64,000 nt of DNA from a virus (IMGVR_UViG_3300049215_000772:64001-128000), one strand, 5' to 3'; positions 16,260 to 26,770 are shown, counted from the first letter of the stretch. A program made the numbers and translations. The notes: a model not told the origin generated them from the sequence alone.

Positions 16260-17891
16260 ATGCCGTCCGTAGCTGATTTTCTTATCGAACGTCTCGAAAA
16301 CACCGGAGTAAAACACATCTTCGGTGTGCCAGGCGACTATGTTCTAAACTTCATCAAGCGATTGGGTGACAGCAAAAAGATCAAGTTTGTCAACACGACA
16401 GATGAGAATCATGCCGGTTTTGCTGCCGATGCCTATGCCAGAGTCAACGGCATTGGCTGCGTTGCAACAACTTATAACGTCGGCACTTTGAAAGTATGCA
16501 ATTCGGTAGCAGGGGCATACGCTGAAAGGTCGCCGATGATCGTCCTATCCGGCTCTCCCGGATTGAAGGAACGAAACGAAGATTTCATGCTTCATCACGT
16601 TGTCAAAAGTTTCGACAACCAGTTGAAGATGTTCAAACATATCACCTGCTACAGTGTCATTCTGGAAGACCCCACCAAAGCCGGATTCCTGATCGACGAG
16701 GCGTTGGAGGCGCTGAAGTTTCACAAGCAGCCAATCTACATCGAGTTGCCTCGTGACGTGGCTGAAATGCCCATCCGGTATGATGTGTACCGCCAAGGCA
16801 CTCCACATGCTCGTGAAAGTGATGGCCAGAACCTCAAGGAAGCCTTGGGTGAGGTTTGCGAGTGGATTACAAATGCTTCCAATCCTGTCATTGTGGCAGG
16901 CGTTCAGCTTGCCAGAATGAACCTGGGTGGGCAACTGGTGCGGTGGGCCGAGCGACACAACATCCCAATGGTGACTACGTTGTTGAGCAAATCAACAGTC
17001 AACGAATACCACCCATTGTTTGCTGGTGTTTACAGTGGCCCGCAAACATCAGAAGACGCTGTTCGCAAATTGGTTGATGATTCGGACTGCTTGCTAATCC
17101 TGGGTGAGATGTTGACGGATATGATGCTGGGTTTTCAGTCGCCCAAATTCACCAAGCGTCAGACTGTGTTCTGCTCGATTGAGGGATTGAAGGTCCGCAA
17201 CCACGCATACAATGATGTATTGTTCACCGACTTCTGCGCTGAATTGTTCAGGGTGAACTTGCCGAAGAAGGCAGAACCGGCCCTTCCGCCAAAGAAGATG
17301 ATGGAAGGGTTCGTGCCGCAGAAGGACAAGAAGATGACGACTCAGCGATTCTTCGAGAAGGTCAACTCGATGTTGAACGAGAAGATTGCTGTGGTCGCCG
17401 ATATTGGTGAAGTTTTGTTCGGGGCTTCCTCGTTGGTAGTTTCCCATCATCATTTCATCAGCCCGGCCTTCTATTGCAGCATGGGTCTTGCGATCCCTGG
17501 TGCTTTGGGAGTGGGCCTGGCAAAACCGGAACTGCGTCCGGTCGTGCTGGTGGGCGATGGTGCCTTCCAGATGTCCGTGAGTGAACTCAGCAGTCACTTG
17601 GAAAACAAGTTGAATACCATCGTGTTCGTGCTGAATAACAAGGGCTACACTACCGAACGGTTCCTGCTCGACGGAAAGTTCAACAATATCCGCAACTGGA
17701 ACTACCATGCTGTTCCCCATTTGTTGGGCGGCGGGACGGGTTACTTTGTGGAGACGGAGGAACAACTGGAGGCGGCTGTGGCGGCTGCTTTGAAGAGCAA
17801 AGAATTGGCAATCGTCAACGTGTCTGTCGATCCGACCGACATTTCAACAGCTTTAAGGAGAATGGTCGAAAATCTCTCTAAGAGAGTTTAA
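16260..17891 (+). CDS. TPP-dependent 2-keto-acid decarboxylase (indolepyruvate/pyruvate decarboxylase family)
   Basis: IFGVPGDY, DENHAGFAADAYAR, GDGAFQM...NNKGYTTER. Confidence 0.92.
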   Translation: MPSVADFLIERLENTGVKHIFGVPGDYVLNFIKRLGDSKKIKFVNTTDENHAGFAADAYARVNGIGCVATTYNVGTLKVCNSVAGAYAERSPMIVLSGSPGLKERNEDFMLHHVVKSFDNQLKMFKHITCYSVILEDPTKAGFLIDEALEALKFHKQPIYIELPRDVAEMPIRYDVYRQGTPHARESDGQNLKEALGEVCEWITNASNPVIVAGVQLARMNLGGQLVRWAERHNIPMVTTLLSKSTVNEYHPLFAGVYSGPQTSEDAVRKLVDDSDCLLILGEMLTDMMLGFQSPKFTKRQTVFCSIEGLKVRNHAYNDVLFTDFCAELFRVNLPKKAEPALPPKKMMEGFVPQKDKKMTTQRFFEKVNSMLNEKIAVVADIGEVLFGASSLVVSHHHFISPAFYCSMGLAIPGALGVGLAKPELRPVVLVGDGAFQMSVSELSSHLENKLNTIVFVLNNKGYTTERFLLDGKFNNIRNWNYHAVPHLLGGGTGYFVETEEQLEAAVAAALKSKELAIVNVSVDPTDISTALRRMVENLSKRV

Positions 17892-17900
17892 CCAAAAATC

Positions 17901-18464
17901 ATGTACACCCAACGATATGACAAGGACAAGCGTTTCGGCAACAAGAAGAATGAGTACCCAATCAGGGTCAATTTCGGGATTAGAGTGCCAACGGTCAGGG
18001 TGGTACAAGAAGGAAAACAACTAGGAATAATGTCCACGGATCAGGCCAGGAAAATTGCCCAGGAAGCGGGCCTCGACTTGGTTGAGATCGTGCCGAATGC
18101 CCAACCGCCTGTGTGCGAGATCAAGGACTTCGGTAAGTGGAAGTTTGAGGAAAAAATCAAGCAAAAAGAGAGCGCCCGCAAGCAGCGTGAGTCTCAGGTA
18201 CAGTTGAAGGAAATTCGTCTTCGTCCTGGCATTGCTATGCACGATGTCGAAACGAAGGTGAACCAAGCGAAAGGATTTATCGCAGAAGGGAAGAACGTGC
18301 AGTTCAACCTTCAGTTCAAGGGACATCGTGAAATGTCTCACAAGGAACAAGGGTTCGCAGTCATCAACAAGATCGTCGCCGATCTAGCCGGGGTTTGTGC
18401 TGTCGAGAAAGCTCCCAAGATGGAGGGCAATCGAATCACATGCCGTTTAACCCCGAAGGGATAA
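17901..18464 (+). CDS. infC: translation initiation factor IF-3
   Basis: VRVV..G.QLGIM...AR.IAQEAGLDLVEIVPNAQPPVCEIKDFGKWKFE, KEIRLRP.I..HD..TK. Confidence 0.95.
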   Translation: MYTQRYDKDKRFGNKKNEYPIRVNFGIRVPTVRVVQEGKQLGIMSTDQARKIAQEAGLDLVEIVPNAQPPVCEIKDFGKWKFEEKIKQKESARKQRESQVQLKEIRLRPGIAMHDVETKVNQAKGFIAEGKNVQFNLQFKGHREMSHKEQGFAVINKIVADLAGVCAVEKAPKMEGNRITCRLTPKG

Positions 18465-19753
18465 TGGAAATAATCATGGCTGACGAGGCTTATTTCCGCA
18501 AAGTAGTTGAACTCCAAACAGAGTTCTTCAAGCGGTTGGAAACTCGTGACTCTCAACCAAGGGCCATGCCGCCCTCGTTGCTCGTTCGTTTGTTGGAATG
18601 CGATGACGAAATAATCGACTTGTCGCTCGGCAACATCGGACGGCGATTGAAAGGTTTTGCTGAGGAAGTGGATTTTACGCACCCTGATCTCTACACCATC
18701 TTCGATGGCGCATTGGTTGACGGGGCTGATTTCTCACAGGACTGCTTGGAATTGCTGTCGCTGGCCGAATTCGCCCGCAGCAAGCAACTGGTCCGCATCA
18801 TGCCGATGCTTGGCAAAATCATTACCAGGGAGTCGCTGGGCCGTAACGTCGTCCGCCGCATCGACAGCCCAGCCAGTGTCCGTATGCACGTTCGTTTGTT
18901 GAAAGACCCTGACGAGCGTGAAGAAATCCGTTCCACCAAGAAGATGCAGGTGATTGACCTGACATCCATCTACAAGAAGGGTGAGGACGCCTGGCGTGCC
19001 CAGCCTGACAACTTCCGCAGGTTCCTGCGTTTCGACACAGCCTACCAGGATGAGATCGCCAGGGCTGAGAAGAAGGCCACACGCTACAACGCCCTGGGCT
19101 GTTCGGCGCTGGCTGAAGAAATCATGAAAAGCGTGGAAGCCTTCCGTGAACACATGGACCAGGCTTACTATGGATTCAATCGCATTACTATGACCAATGC
19201 TGCCGTGGTGTTGGCGAAGTCCCTTGGCTACATCTACAACCCGCCCCCAGCCGGTGCGTTGTTCGCCAAAGATGAGCAGGCCGGCAAGATCGTGGTTTCC
19301 AGGAAGTTCTTCGGAAACTACAACTTCGACCCGGCCCACAACCCCATTGAGTATTCACCCATTGTCAGTGAGTCGGCTGGCACTCCTGTCTTCACCCAGC
19401 GGTATGCCCTGCCATTCCTATACGAACCTCGTGTATATCCATTACATCAGTTTTGGGATATTGCTCCTGAAGGTGTCCTGAAAACAGTTAGAACGCTGGA
19501 ATGCTTCCCGGATGCTGATGACAAGCCGATCTTCGATCACTTCGGCTTGATCGTGCCTAGCATCGGTTTCCCACCAGCGTCGAGTGAAGAAACTTACTCG
19601 TTTATCGACGATAAGGGGTTGTGTCGAACCTTCTCTCAGCGTGAGTCTGCGATGAAGGAACTGGACACCATCTTGATTCGCAATGGCCATTTCCATCCCA
19701 TTATCGTCGGAGAGAAAGATGGAAAGTGCTATTTTATTTCTTATTGGGTTTGA
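18464..19753 (+). CDS. hypothetical phage protein
   Basis: start moved to ATG 18464; C-terminal FDHFGLIVP...HPIIVGE....YFISYW. Confidence 0.75.
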   Translation: MEIIMADEAYFRKVVELQTEFFKRLETRDSQPRAMPPSLLVRLLECDDEIIDLSLGNIGRRLKGFAEEVDFTHPDLYTIFDGALVDGADFSQDCLELLSLAEFARSKQLVRIMPMLGKIITRESLGRNVVRRIDSPASVRMHVRLLKDPDEREEIRSTKKMQVIDLTSIYKKGEDAWRAQPDNFRRFLRFDTAYQDEIARAEKKATRYNALGCSALAEEIMKSVEAFREHMDQAYYGFNRITMTNAAVVLAKSLGYIYNPPPAGALFAKDEQAGKIVVSRKFFGNYNFDPAHNPIEYSPIVSESAGTPVFTQRYALPFLYEPRVYPLHQFWDIAPEGVLKTVRTLECFPDADDKPIFDHFGLIVPSIGFPPASSEETYSFIDDKGLCRTFSQRESAMKELDTILIRNGHFHPIIVGEKDGKCYFISYWV

Positions 19754-19787
19754 GTTCCCCGTTTTACAAGAACTCAGAAAGTAACAT

Positions 19788-20024
19788 ATGTCTACACATC
19801 GTATGTCTGATACGCAACCGCTTCATAGTATGAAGTTGGATAAATATACCCTTCGAGTTGAGCATAATGATCTTGGTATCACCATTGTTGATGAGAAGGG
19901 GAATACAGTATGTTGGCTCAACTGTATTGGCACTGCTGTATTGAAGGAATGGTTGAAGGATTTTGATCCGAAGGGACGCATGGCTAATCATCAATCGGTG
20001 AAAGAACATTTGGAGGAACAGTAA
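19788..20024 (+). CDS. hypothetical protein
   Basis: short ORF abutting the IscA start. Confidence 0.6.
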   Translation: MSTHRMSDTQPLHSMKLDKYTLRVEHNDLGITIVDEKGNTVCWLNCIGTAVLKEWLKDFDPKGRMANHQSVKEHLEEQ

Positions 20025-20362
20025 TGGCTTGTGTAATTTTGTCTGAGAAAGCTGTGAAGGAAATCAAGCGCCTGATGGCAGATCAGGACATGAAGCCTGA
20101 CAGCACCTATGTTCGGGCTGGCGTGCGTGGAGGCGGGTGTTCCGGCTTCCAGTACAGCTTCAATCTCGATGAAAACGTGGACGAAAACAAGGATGTAATC
20201 GAGGAGCAAGATGGTCTGAAGATCGTCGTGGACAAGCGCTCGATGATGTACATTCAGGGCACCATGATTGACTACCACGACCAGCTTGAGAAGCGAGGTT
20301 TCAGTTTCAACAATCCGAACGCTTCTGGTAAGTGTGGTTGTGGGAGTAGCTTCAACGTATGA
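20024..20362 (+). CDS. iscA: A-type Fe-S carrier (IscA/ErpA/HesB family)
   Basis: GGGCSGFQY and NPNASGKCGCGSSF. Confidence 0.95.
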   Translation: MACVILSEKAVKEIKRLMADQDMKPDSTYVRAGVRGGGCSGFQYSFNLDENVDENKDVIEEQDGLKIVVDKRSMMYIQGTMIDYHDQLEKRGFSFNNPNASGKCGCGSSFNV

Positions 20363-20682
20363 AGAAAAACTACCATGAAGTGAACTTGAAGGATTTGGGA
20401 GAATCACTTGCAGAGATTAACGAAAGTCTCTACAAGATGTATATCCAAATCGCTATGTTCGCCGGGCATAAGATATTGGGGCTGATATGCGGCCCGGAAA
20501 CGGCAAAGATATTGGTCAATCTACCTGGCGATCAGAAGCAATTACAAGAACTCGAATTTTACAAGATGGGCTACAATGGTATTACGCCTATTTATGTTGA
20601 TATGAGTCTTGGAGCAGGTGACATACTCGTAGTTTGCAAAACTGCAATCGAAAAAATTAGGGTGAAAGATTTGCATGGATAA
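20359..20682 (+). CDS. hypothetical protein
   Basis: overlapping start and stop with neighbours. Confidence 0.65.
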   Translation: MKKNYHEVNLKDLGESLAEINESLYKMYIQIAMFAGHKILGLICGPETAKILVNLPGDQKQLQELEFYKMGYNGITPIYVDMSLGAGDILVVCKTAIEKIRVKDLHG

Positions 20683-20881
20683 GTACGAAGTAAGAGCCAT
20701 TTGTTTTTTCATTTTTACCTGGATGTTGGTTGTTTGGGTTTTTTGCGATGTTGTTGCCTTGAAAAAGAAGGTGAAGGCATTGGAGCAAGATGTTCTGGTT
20801 ATAAAACAGTCTCCGCTTGTTCCAATCACGGAAGAAGAATTCCTGAAAATGCAAAAGGAAATGAAGGAACGGCGCAAGTGA
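20675..20881 (+). CDS. small membrane protein with coiled coil
   Basis: hydrophobic ICFFIFTWMLVVWVF. Confidence 0.6.
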   Translation: MDKYEVRAICFFIFTWMLVVWVFCDVVALKKKVKALEQDVLVIKQSPLVPITEEEFLKMQKEMKERRK

Positions 20882-20927
20882 ATCCAATTGTCCAGTTTGA
20901 CGGCTCCTTGCCTATTTGGGGCAGAAA

Positions 20928-21221
20928 ATGAAACCTGGTCCTCCTGCACTACACAAAGTCAGCGTTCGCCGGGCGTTGATGTACATCGAAAAAAAGTTGC
21001 GGGAAACTTTCAGGATAATGCTCGTCGAAGGCAAATCTGTGAAGTGGATGGAGGAACAAGTAGACCTGGAATTGTTTTGGATGAATGAACGTGGTGCCTT
21101 CTGGAACTACGAAGTGGCGCTGGGCGAGTATTCTTCGCTGGTGGCGATTCAACCACTCCCGTTCCAGGACTGGATATACATTGAACTTGAAAGGAAGAAT
21201 GAATGTCATACGTTGGAATGA
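20928..21221 (+). CDS. hypothetical protein
   Basis: about 97-aa ORF overlapping the ALDH start. Confidence 0.55.
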   Translation: MKPGPPALHKVSVRRALMYIEKKLRETFRIMLVEGKSVKWMEEQVDLELFWMNERGAFWNYEVALGEYSSLVAIQPLPFQDWIYIELERKNECHTLE

Positions 21222-22705
21222 ATTTCATCAACGGCAAGTTTTGCCACGCCCGCAGTGATTTCGTCAGCATTAACCCATCGACCGAAGAAGTAATCGGCGA
21301 TTTCCCCAAATCTAAACCCCATGAGTCCAACGAGGCCGTGGAAGCTGCACGGGCGGCGTTCCCTGGCTGGAGCGCCATGAGCCGCCTTCAGCGTGGCGAG
21401 TTCTTCGACCGGCTTTGTCAAATTCTGAAGGGGAAGCTGGGCGAGATTGCTTCGGCCATCTCGTTGGAAACCGGCAAGAATTTGAACGAGAGTCATGCCG
21501 AGGTCGTAGAAGCCCTGCACATGGCACAGTATTGCTTTGGCAAGGCTCGTGAGGCCACGGGGGAGGTTGTGGCTTCGGAGTTGCCAGAACGTGATTCCTA
21601 CGTCATCAGGAAGCCGAAGGGTGTTGTATTGTCTATCGCCCCTTGGAATTTCCCGTTCGCCATCGGTGGGTTCTGGACGGCAGGCCCAGCGTTGCTTGAG
21701 GGAAATACCGTCATCCTGAAACCTTCAGAAGACACGCCGATGGTCGGCCAGATCATCGCCGAGTTGTTCCAGGAGGCCGGCTTCCCTGTTGGCGTTTTCA
21801 ATCTGGTCCACGGCGACGGCATGACCGGCTCCTACCTTGCCGGCCACAAAGATATTGACCACATCTGTTTCACTGGCTCGGCGGAAGTTGGCCAGTACAT
21901 CCGAAAGACTTGCGCTGATTCCTGGCATAAAACCTGTAGCTGTGAGATGGGCAGCAAGTCTGCTGTCATGGTGTTCGAGGACGCCGACATGAACCTGGCC
22001 CTGGCAGCAACCATCGCCAGTGCTTTCAAGTTGTCCGGGCAGCGTTGTGTGAGTGCCGGAAGGTTGTTGATTGAGAGGCCCATCTTCGATTATTTCTGCA
22101 AGCAGTTCGTGGAGATGGCATCCAAGATCAAGGTTGGCGATCCTTTCAAGGATCGGGATGTCATGTTTGGACCACTCATCAACGGCCAACAGTTGGATCG
22201 GGTGATGTACTACAATCATCAGACATTGGGTATTTTCGCTCACGATACCCAGGTGTTGCTCAGGGGTGAAAGGATGGATCGGCGGGGCTACTATCTCACT
22301 CCGCATGTTTACAGCACGGAATGGAGTTTCGACGAAGGCAGGATGGATTTTGACTATTTGAAACCCTATTTGAAAAATGAAGTTTTCGGCCCGCATGTTG
22401 CGCTGATTCCTTTCGACAGTCTCGAACATGCGATTGCTATATACAATGACACCGACTACGGATTGAGTCTTGGCGTCATCACCAACGACTTCAAGAAGGC
22501 ACGGGAAGTTCGCAACAAGGCGGATTTTGGCCTGGGCTACTGGAACGGTGGGTCCATAGCAGCAGAAAGTCATTTGCCTTTTGGTGGCCTGAAAAAATCA
22601 GGTAATGGTTGGCCGTCTGCTGCCGGAACTTTTGATGCGGTATCACATAAAGTCGCATGGACAGTAAATCATGGAAATCTGTCGTTCCCACAGGGGTTGA
22701 AATGA
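21203..22705 (+). CDS. NAD(P)-dependent aldehyde dehydrogenase
   Basis: PWNFP, GNTVILKPSE, FTGS, CEMGSK (Glu), GQRC (Cys), EVFGP. Confidence 0.95.
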   Translation: MSYVGMNFINGKFCHARSDFVSINPSTEEVIGDFPKSKPHESNEAVEAARAAFPGWSAMSRLQRGEFFDRLCQILKGKLGEIASAISLETGKNLNESHAEVVEALHMAQYCFGKAREATGEVVASELPERDSYVIRKPKGVVLSIAPWNFPFAIGGFWTAGPALLEGNTVILKPSEDTPMVGQIIAELFQEAGFPVGVFNLVHGDGMTGSYLAGHKDIDHICFTGSAEVGQYIRKTCADSWHKTCSCEMGSKSAVMVFEDADMNLALAATIASAFKLSGQRCVSAGRLLIERPIFDYFCKQFVEMASKIKVGDPFKDRDVMFGPLINGQQLDRVMYYNHQTLGIFAHDTQVLLRGERMDRRGYYLTPHVYSTEWSFDEGRMDFDYLKPYLKNEVFGPHVALIPFDSLEHAIAIYNDTDYGLSLGVITNDFKKAREVRNKADFGLGYWNGGSIAAESHLPFGGLKKSGNGWPSAAGTFDAVSHKVAWTVNHGNLSFPQGLK

Positions 22706-23571
22706 AACTAGGAGTTGTTGGGCTAGGAATAGTTGGAAACGCCTTCTACGAGGGCATGAAGGATCATTTTGAGATTGTTCGCTATGACAAGTTCAACAAG
22801 GAACGCTCCGACGTGCCCGACATCCCTTGTCTGTGTTCAGAAGTAGATGGGCCAATCTTTGTCTGCGTGCCGACACCCATGAACGCAGATGGCACCTGCA
22901 ATGTGGATATTGTTGACAGTGTGCTGGAAGAAATTTTCAAGTCTGACTTCGAGCGGGCCAGTACCTTGTGTTGTGGCTACGCACCAAGGATCGTGGTGAT
23001 TAAATCCACGATCCCGCCAGGAACAACCAGGCAGTTTGGATTCAGTTCCAAATACAGCCTGAAGTTGGTTTTCAACCCGGAATTTTTGACCGAGGCCAAC
23101 CCTGTTGCAGACTTCAAGAACCAGGATCGGATTATCCTGGGTGGTGATCCTGATGCCACAAGCATTGTTGAAGATGTGTATGATGTCGCTTATCCGAGTG
23201 TGATGAAGGTTAGATGTAATCCGACCGCTGCGGAAATGGTGAAATATGTGGCGAACTGTTTCTTAGCGATGAAGGTTTCTTTCGCCAACGAGATTTACCA
23301 GATATGTTCGGCGCTGGGTATTGACTATAATACGGTGATAAATACCGCCACGTTGGACAAAAGGCTGGGTAGCTCTCACTGGAAGGTTCCTGGCCCTGAT
23401 GGGCACTACGGTTTTGGTCTTACTTGTTTTCCGAAAGATTTGAATGCTTTGATTCGTGTCGCCGAAAACATGGAGGTTGATCCGAAGGTGATGAAGGCTG
23501 TTTGGGAGAAGAATCTTGAAGTAAGGCCCGAAAGGGATTGGGAACAAATGAAAGGGAGAGCCGTCCTTTAA
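22702..23571 (+). CDS. UDP-glucose/GDP-mannose dehydrogenase family
   Basis: GLGIVG, CVPTP, KSTIPPG, NPEFL, AEMVKY..N, GFGLTCFPKD. Confidence 0.9.
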   Translation: MKLGVVGLGIVGNAFYEGMKDHFEIVRYDKFNKERSDVPDIPCLCSEVDGPIFVCVPTPMNADGTCNVDIVDSVLEEIFKSDFERASTLCCGYAPRIVVIKSTIPPGTTRQFGFSSKYSLKLVFNPEFLTEANPVADFKNQDRIILGGDPDATSIVEDVYDVAYPSVMKVRCNPTAAEMVKYVANCFLAMKVSFANEIYQICSALGIDYNTVINTATLDKRLGSSHWKVPGPDGHYGFGLTCFPKDLNALIRVAENMEVDPKVMKAVWEKNLEVRPERDWEQMKGRAVL

Positions 23572-23580
23572 GGAAGAAAA

Positions 23581-24117
23581 ATGCAGTCTTTCAAGATAAC
23601 CAAAGAAGAGTTGTTGAAGTTTGCCGAGCGCCTCTATAGTGAAGGGTGTTTCGGTTATTTTGATCTTTGTGAAGCTACAGCAGATAGGATGGTAACGGAT
23701 TTCCTTGACGGGAGAGAACCTATCACGCCTAGTATTTTGAGTCAGGCTGGTTTTGCTCCAAGTGTTAGTTTCGCTACCGGCCCAACTGTTACTGTTGCTC
23801 CACAAGGACTCAGCATTGACCCGGCTGGCCCGCCTCCCGCAGTTTGGGGAGGAGTAGGACCGATGATGGGTGGGGTTAATGTTCCAGTTCACGGCAGCAA
23901 CCAATCGGTGAGCATCACGGTGTCTGGCGGCGGTCCTCCGATGACCGACAGCGAGTACCGAGGTCACGGCGATGTTTCTCTTCCTCCATCGGGTGCGCCA
24001 GAAACAGCGGTTGGGAGTTCTTCAGATGGAATAATCATCATGGAAACTCCTGTAATTCGTGAAGAAGTTTTCACACGTCAAGAAAACTTTGTTGGAAATC
24101 CATCGGAACGCATTTAA
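23581..24117 (+). CDS. hypothetical Pro/Gly-rich protein
   Basis: RBS, 178 aa. Confidence 0.65.
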   Translation: MQSFKITKEELLKFAERLYSEGCFGYFDLCEATADRMVTDFLDGREPITPSILSQAGFAPSVSFATGPTVTVAPQGLSIDPAGPPPAVWGGVGPMMGGVNVPVHGSNQSVSITVSGGGPPMTDSEYRGHGDVSLPPSGAPETAVGSSSDGIIIMETPVIREEVFTRQENFVGNPSERI

Positions 24118-24133
24118 TTGAAAGGGATGAGAT

Positions 24134-24517
24134 ATGGCTAAGAGTAAGTTGATTGATGATACAGCGGGCGGTGTCCTGCTGAACACGGAGTCTTACAAGG
24201 CTTTTTCAGTACCGGCAGTCAACGGCGCAAAGCCGGCTGGCTCGCAGGTGCTTATCGAGATTCTGCACCCGCAGGAGTTGTTGGGGACTACCATCCCCAT
24301 CAGTGACAAAACCGACGTGAAGGTTCCTTTGCAGGGCTACGTCCGGGCTGTCGGACCCAATGTGAAGTTGGATGATTGGGGATTCAAGGTTGGTGATCGG
24401 GTTTTGATTTCCGGTAGCGGTGTCATGGTCCCGAACTACGCCAAGTCGCATCGTGAGAGTTTCTTCATGGAGCCTCATTCCATCAAGGGTGTTCTTTCTG
24501 AAGAATACGTCATCTAA
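24134..24517 (+). CDS. GroES/gp31-like co-chaperonin
   Basis: [25 protein letters not shown]. Confidence 0.75.
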   Translation: MAKSKLIDDTAGGVLLNTESYKAFSVPAVNGAKPAGSQVLIEILHPQELLGTTIPISDKTDVKVPLQGYVRAVGPNVKLDDWGFKVGDRVLISGSGVMVPNYAKSHRESFFMEPHSIKGVLSEEYVI

Positions 24518-24525
24518 GGGGGCTA

Positions 24526-25608
24526 ATGGCTAGAGACTATTATGAGGTCTTAGGCGTAGCCCGAACTGCGACAGAAGAAGAGATCAAGAAAGCATACCGA
24601 CAACTTGCAAGGCAGCACCACCCGGACAGGAATCCGGGCGACAAGGAAGCCGAAACAAGGTTCAAAGAGGTCCAGGAAGCCTACGATACGCTAAGTGACA
24701 AAGAAAAAAAGTCTTTGTACGATTTGCGTGGGCATTCTGGTCCCTCAATGCGATTCAGACGAAAACCAAAACCAGGGTCAGCGCCCAACCCTGGGTTTTC
24801 GTATGAAGATGTTGTTTCCGAGATGTTCGGCGGCAGTGTTTTTCGTGGTCGGAACATTCAAGTTCGAGTTGAAGTTGAACTTCTCGAAGTCCTTACCGGC
24901 TGTACCAAAACCATCAAGATTAAGAAACGCAAGCGTTGCATGACTTGTTCAGGCAACGGCTTCACGGGATTCACACCTTGTTCGGTCTGCGCAGGCTCAG
25001 GCGTCAAGTTGATCCAAGATGCTCCGTTTGATCTTCAGATGGCTTGTCCGGTCTGCCAGGGCAGTGGCAAGGCTGATGTGACTCGTTGCGGAGATTGTCT
25101 AGGCAGTGGGTTTACGCCTATGACAGACAAGATGCTCAACGTGCAGATTCCAGCCGGTATAGGCAATGGCATGGCCGTCCGTATCCGTGGCGAGGGGGAA
25201 GAAGCACAGAAAACGGGAACGCCTGGCGATGTGATGGTGGTCGTGCTGGTGAAGGAACACCCGATTTTCAGGGTTGAGGGGCCGAATTTGGCTGTCGATA
25301 TTCCAGTATCGTACACACAAGTAGCCCTTGGTGGGAAGATTGACATCCCAACTTTGGCTGAAGGCAAGGTAGAAGTAGACATTCCAGCGGGTGCGCAGTC
25401 GAATACAAGATTCCGGCTCAAAGGCCGTGGTTTGCCGACGCCAGCGGGAGTGATGGGTGATCTGGTAGCAACTGTAAAGGTGGAGACACCAAAGGCTTTA
25501 GACGAGGAGTACAAGAAGGTTCTGGAGCAATTGGCGGAACTTGAGAAGAAGGTTGTCACGCCGAGTCGTGAGGCGTGGAACAAAAAAGTCGGCGAAGCAA
25601 CTAAATAG
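24526..25608 (+). CDS. dnaJ: DnaJ chaperone
   Basis: J domain with HPD, four CxxCxGxG repeats, C-terminal domain. Confidence 0.95.
   Translation: MARDYYEVLGVARTATEEEIKKAYRQLARQHHPDRNPGDKEAETRFKEVQEAYDTLSDKEKKSLYDLRGHSGPSMRFRRKPKPGSAPNPGFSYEDVVSEMFGGSVFRGRNIQVRVEVELLEVLTGCTKTIKIKKRKRCMTCSGNGFTGFTPCSVCAGSGVKLIQDAPFDLQMACPVCQGSGKADVTRCGDCLGSGFTPMTDKMLNVQIPAGIGNGMAVRIRGEGEEAQKTGTPGDVMVVVLVKEHPIFRVEGPNLAVDIPVSYTQVALGGKIDIPTLAEGKVEVDIPAGAQSNTRFRLKGRGLPTPAGVMGDLVATVKVETPKALDEEYKKVLEQLAELEKKVVTPSREAWNKKVGEATK
25601..25607 (+). promoter_or_regulatory. putative late promoter box CTAAATA
   Basis: inside the palindrome CAACTAAATAGTTG upstream of ORF 25646. Confidence 0.45.
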
Positions 25609-25645
25609 TTGTGGTAATGGACTACAGCGCCGATAAGGAGTTCAT

Positions 25646-25900
25646 ATGAATGACAATTTAACGAACAACAAGCTGTTTTGGGTTGTGATCGTTTTGGTAG
25701 CCGCCTTGCTCATCGTAGGAGTCGGAGGCAAGTTCCTGGTTGATAAAGTTTCTGATAGAGTCATCCAGAAGCTACAGAAGGAATACTCACCATCCCCATA
25801 TGGACCTGGCTTCGATCCAGACAAAATCGACGCTGAGAAACTGCGTCAAGGCACCCCTCCAACAAATCCGAACAAAACCGGATGGGAAAATTGGAAGTAA
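25646..25900 (+). CDS. small membrane protein
   Basis: AAGGAG RBS; N-terminal TM. Confidence 0.7.
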   Translation: MNDNLTNNKLFWVVIVLVAALLIVGVGGKFLVDKVSDRVIQKLQKEYSPSPYGPGFDPDKIDAEKLRQGTPPTNPNKTGWENWK

Positions 25901-26248
25901 TCAAGCCATCATGCACTTGGTAATGATCGACGGGTAGTCACTGTGATCGTCGTCTCGCCGCTGGAAGACGACGATCATATTTTTTCCCCTTTCTGGTTTC
26001 CCTTCAATTCTTCTGTATTCGTCATGCGTAAGGAATAGCTTCGTTCCATCCGACAATCCGATGTAAATCGGATTTTTTTTGTCAAGAATATGTTCGATGC
26101 GGGCGGTTTTGCGCACTGTGGGTAGGCCCAGGTCAATCTTGGGCAGCATGGAGGCGATGTCTTTGGTCCAGTGTTCCGGGACCATGATAGCTCCGTGCTT
26201 CTCGACGTACTCGCTCAGTGATATGAAGTCTGCGAAATTCGTTTCCAT
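25901..26248 (-). CDS. hypothetical protein, METNFADFISLSE N-terminus
   Basis: CTAAATA box at 26265-26271 on the minus strand. Confidence 0.7.
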   Translation of the reverse strand: METNFADFISLSEYVEKHGAIMVPEHWTKDIASMLPKIDLGLPTVRKTARIEHILDKKNPIYIGLSDGTKLFLTHDEYRRIEGKPERGKNMIVVFQRRDDDHSDYPSIITKCMMA

Positions 26249-26280
26249 ATTTACTACCTTGAAGTATTTAGTGACACTCC

Positions 26281-26484
26281 ATGAAAGTTCGAGAACTCAT
26301 TCAAAGGTTGTTGGAATTTGACCGTGACTACGACGTGGTTGTGGCTGAATACTACGCCATTGATGAGGAGAACGCCTTGCGGATCACCCACCATATTGCA
26401 GGACATTTGGTTGATGCTGCTGCCAAGGAGGTCATTTTCATCATTCCAAACAAGGAAGGAAAGATAGCCAATGAAGACATATAA
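26281..26484 (+). CDS. hypothetical protein
   Basis: MKVRELIQRL start, common in small phage ORFs. Confidence 0.6.
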   Translation: MKVRELIQRLLEFDRDYDVVVAEYYAIDEENALRITHHIAGHLVDAAAKEVIFIIPNKEGKIANEDI

Positions 26485-26770
26485 GCTGGTTTCATCGCAG
26501 GTTGCCATCCCTGTAATTGTCGAATACCAAGACGAAGAATTTCATGATATTCGGTCAGCCGTTGGGTATGTAAACTACGGTAAAGATCAGGTGTGGTTTC
26601 CGAACAACCCGGAGTTGCAAACGGACATGATGAGACGTGCTGTGTTGGCAACTCTCGATGTTGCGTATCCCAAGGAAGTTGAACTACCACAACATATTCT
26701 CAGACGAGTTGAAGAAATCAAAGCGGGAGAATACGGTCACACCATTCCAAATTACGACAGGAGTGAATAA
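26471..26770 (+). CDS. hypothetical protein
   Basis: overlapping gene chain. Confidence 0.65.
   Translation: MKTYKLVSSQVAIPVIVEYQDEEFHDIRSAVGYVNYGKDQVWFPNNPELQTDMMRRAVLATLDVAYPKEVELPQHILRRVEEIKAGEYGHTIPNYDRSE

Noticed and set aside
19763-19791. Additional TTTACA hexamers (also 10138 and 58217)
   Set aside because: No -10 element at 17-nt spacing
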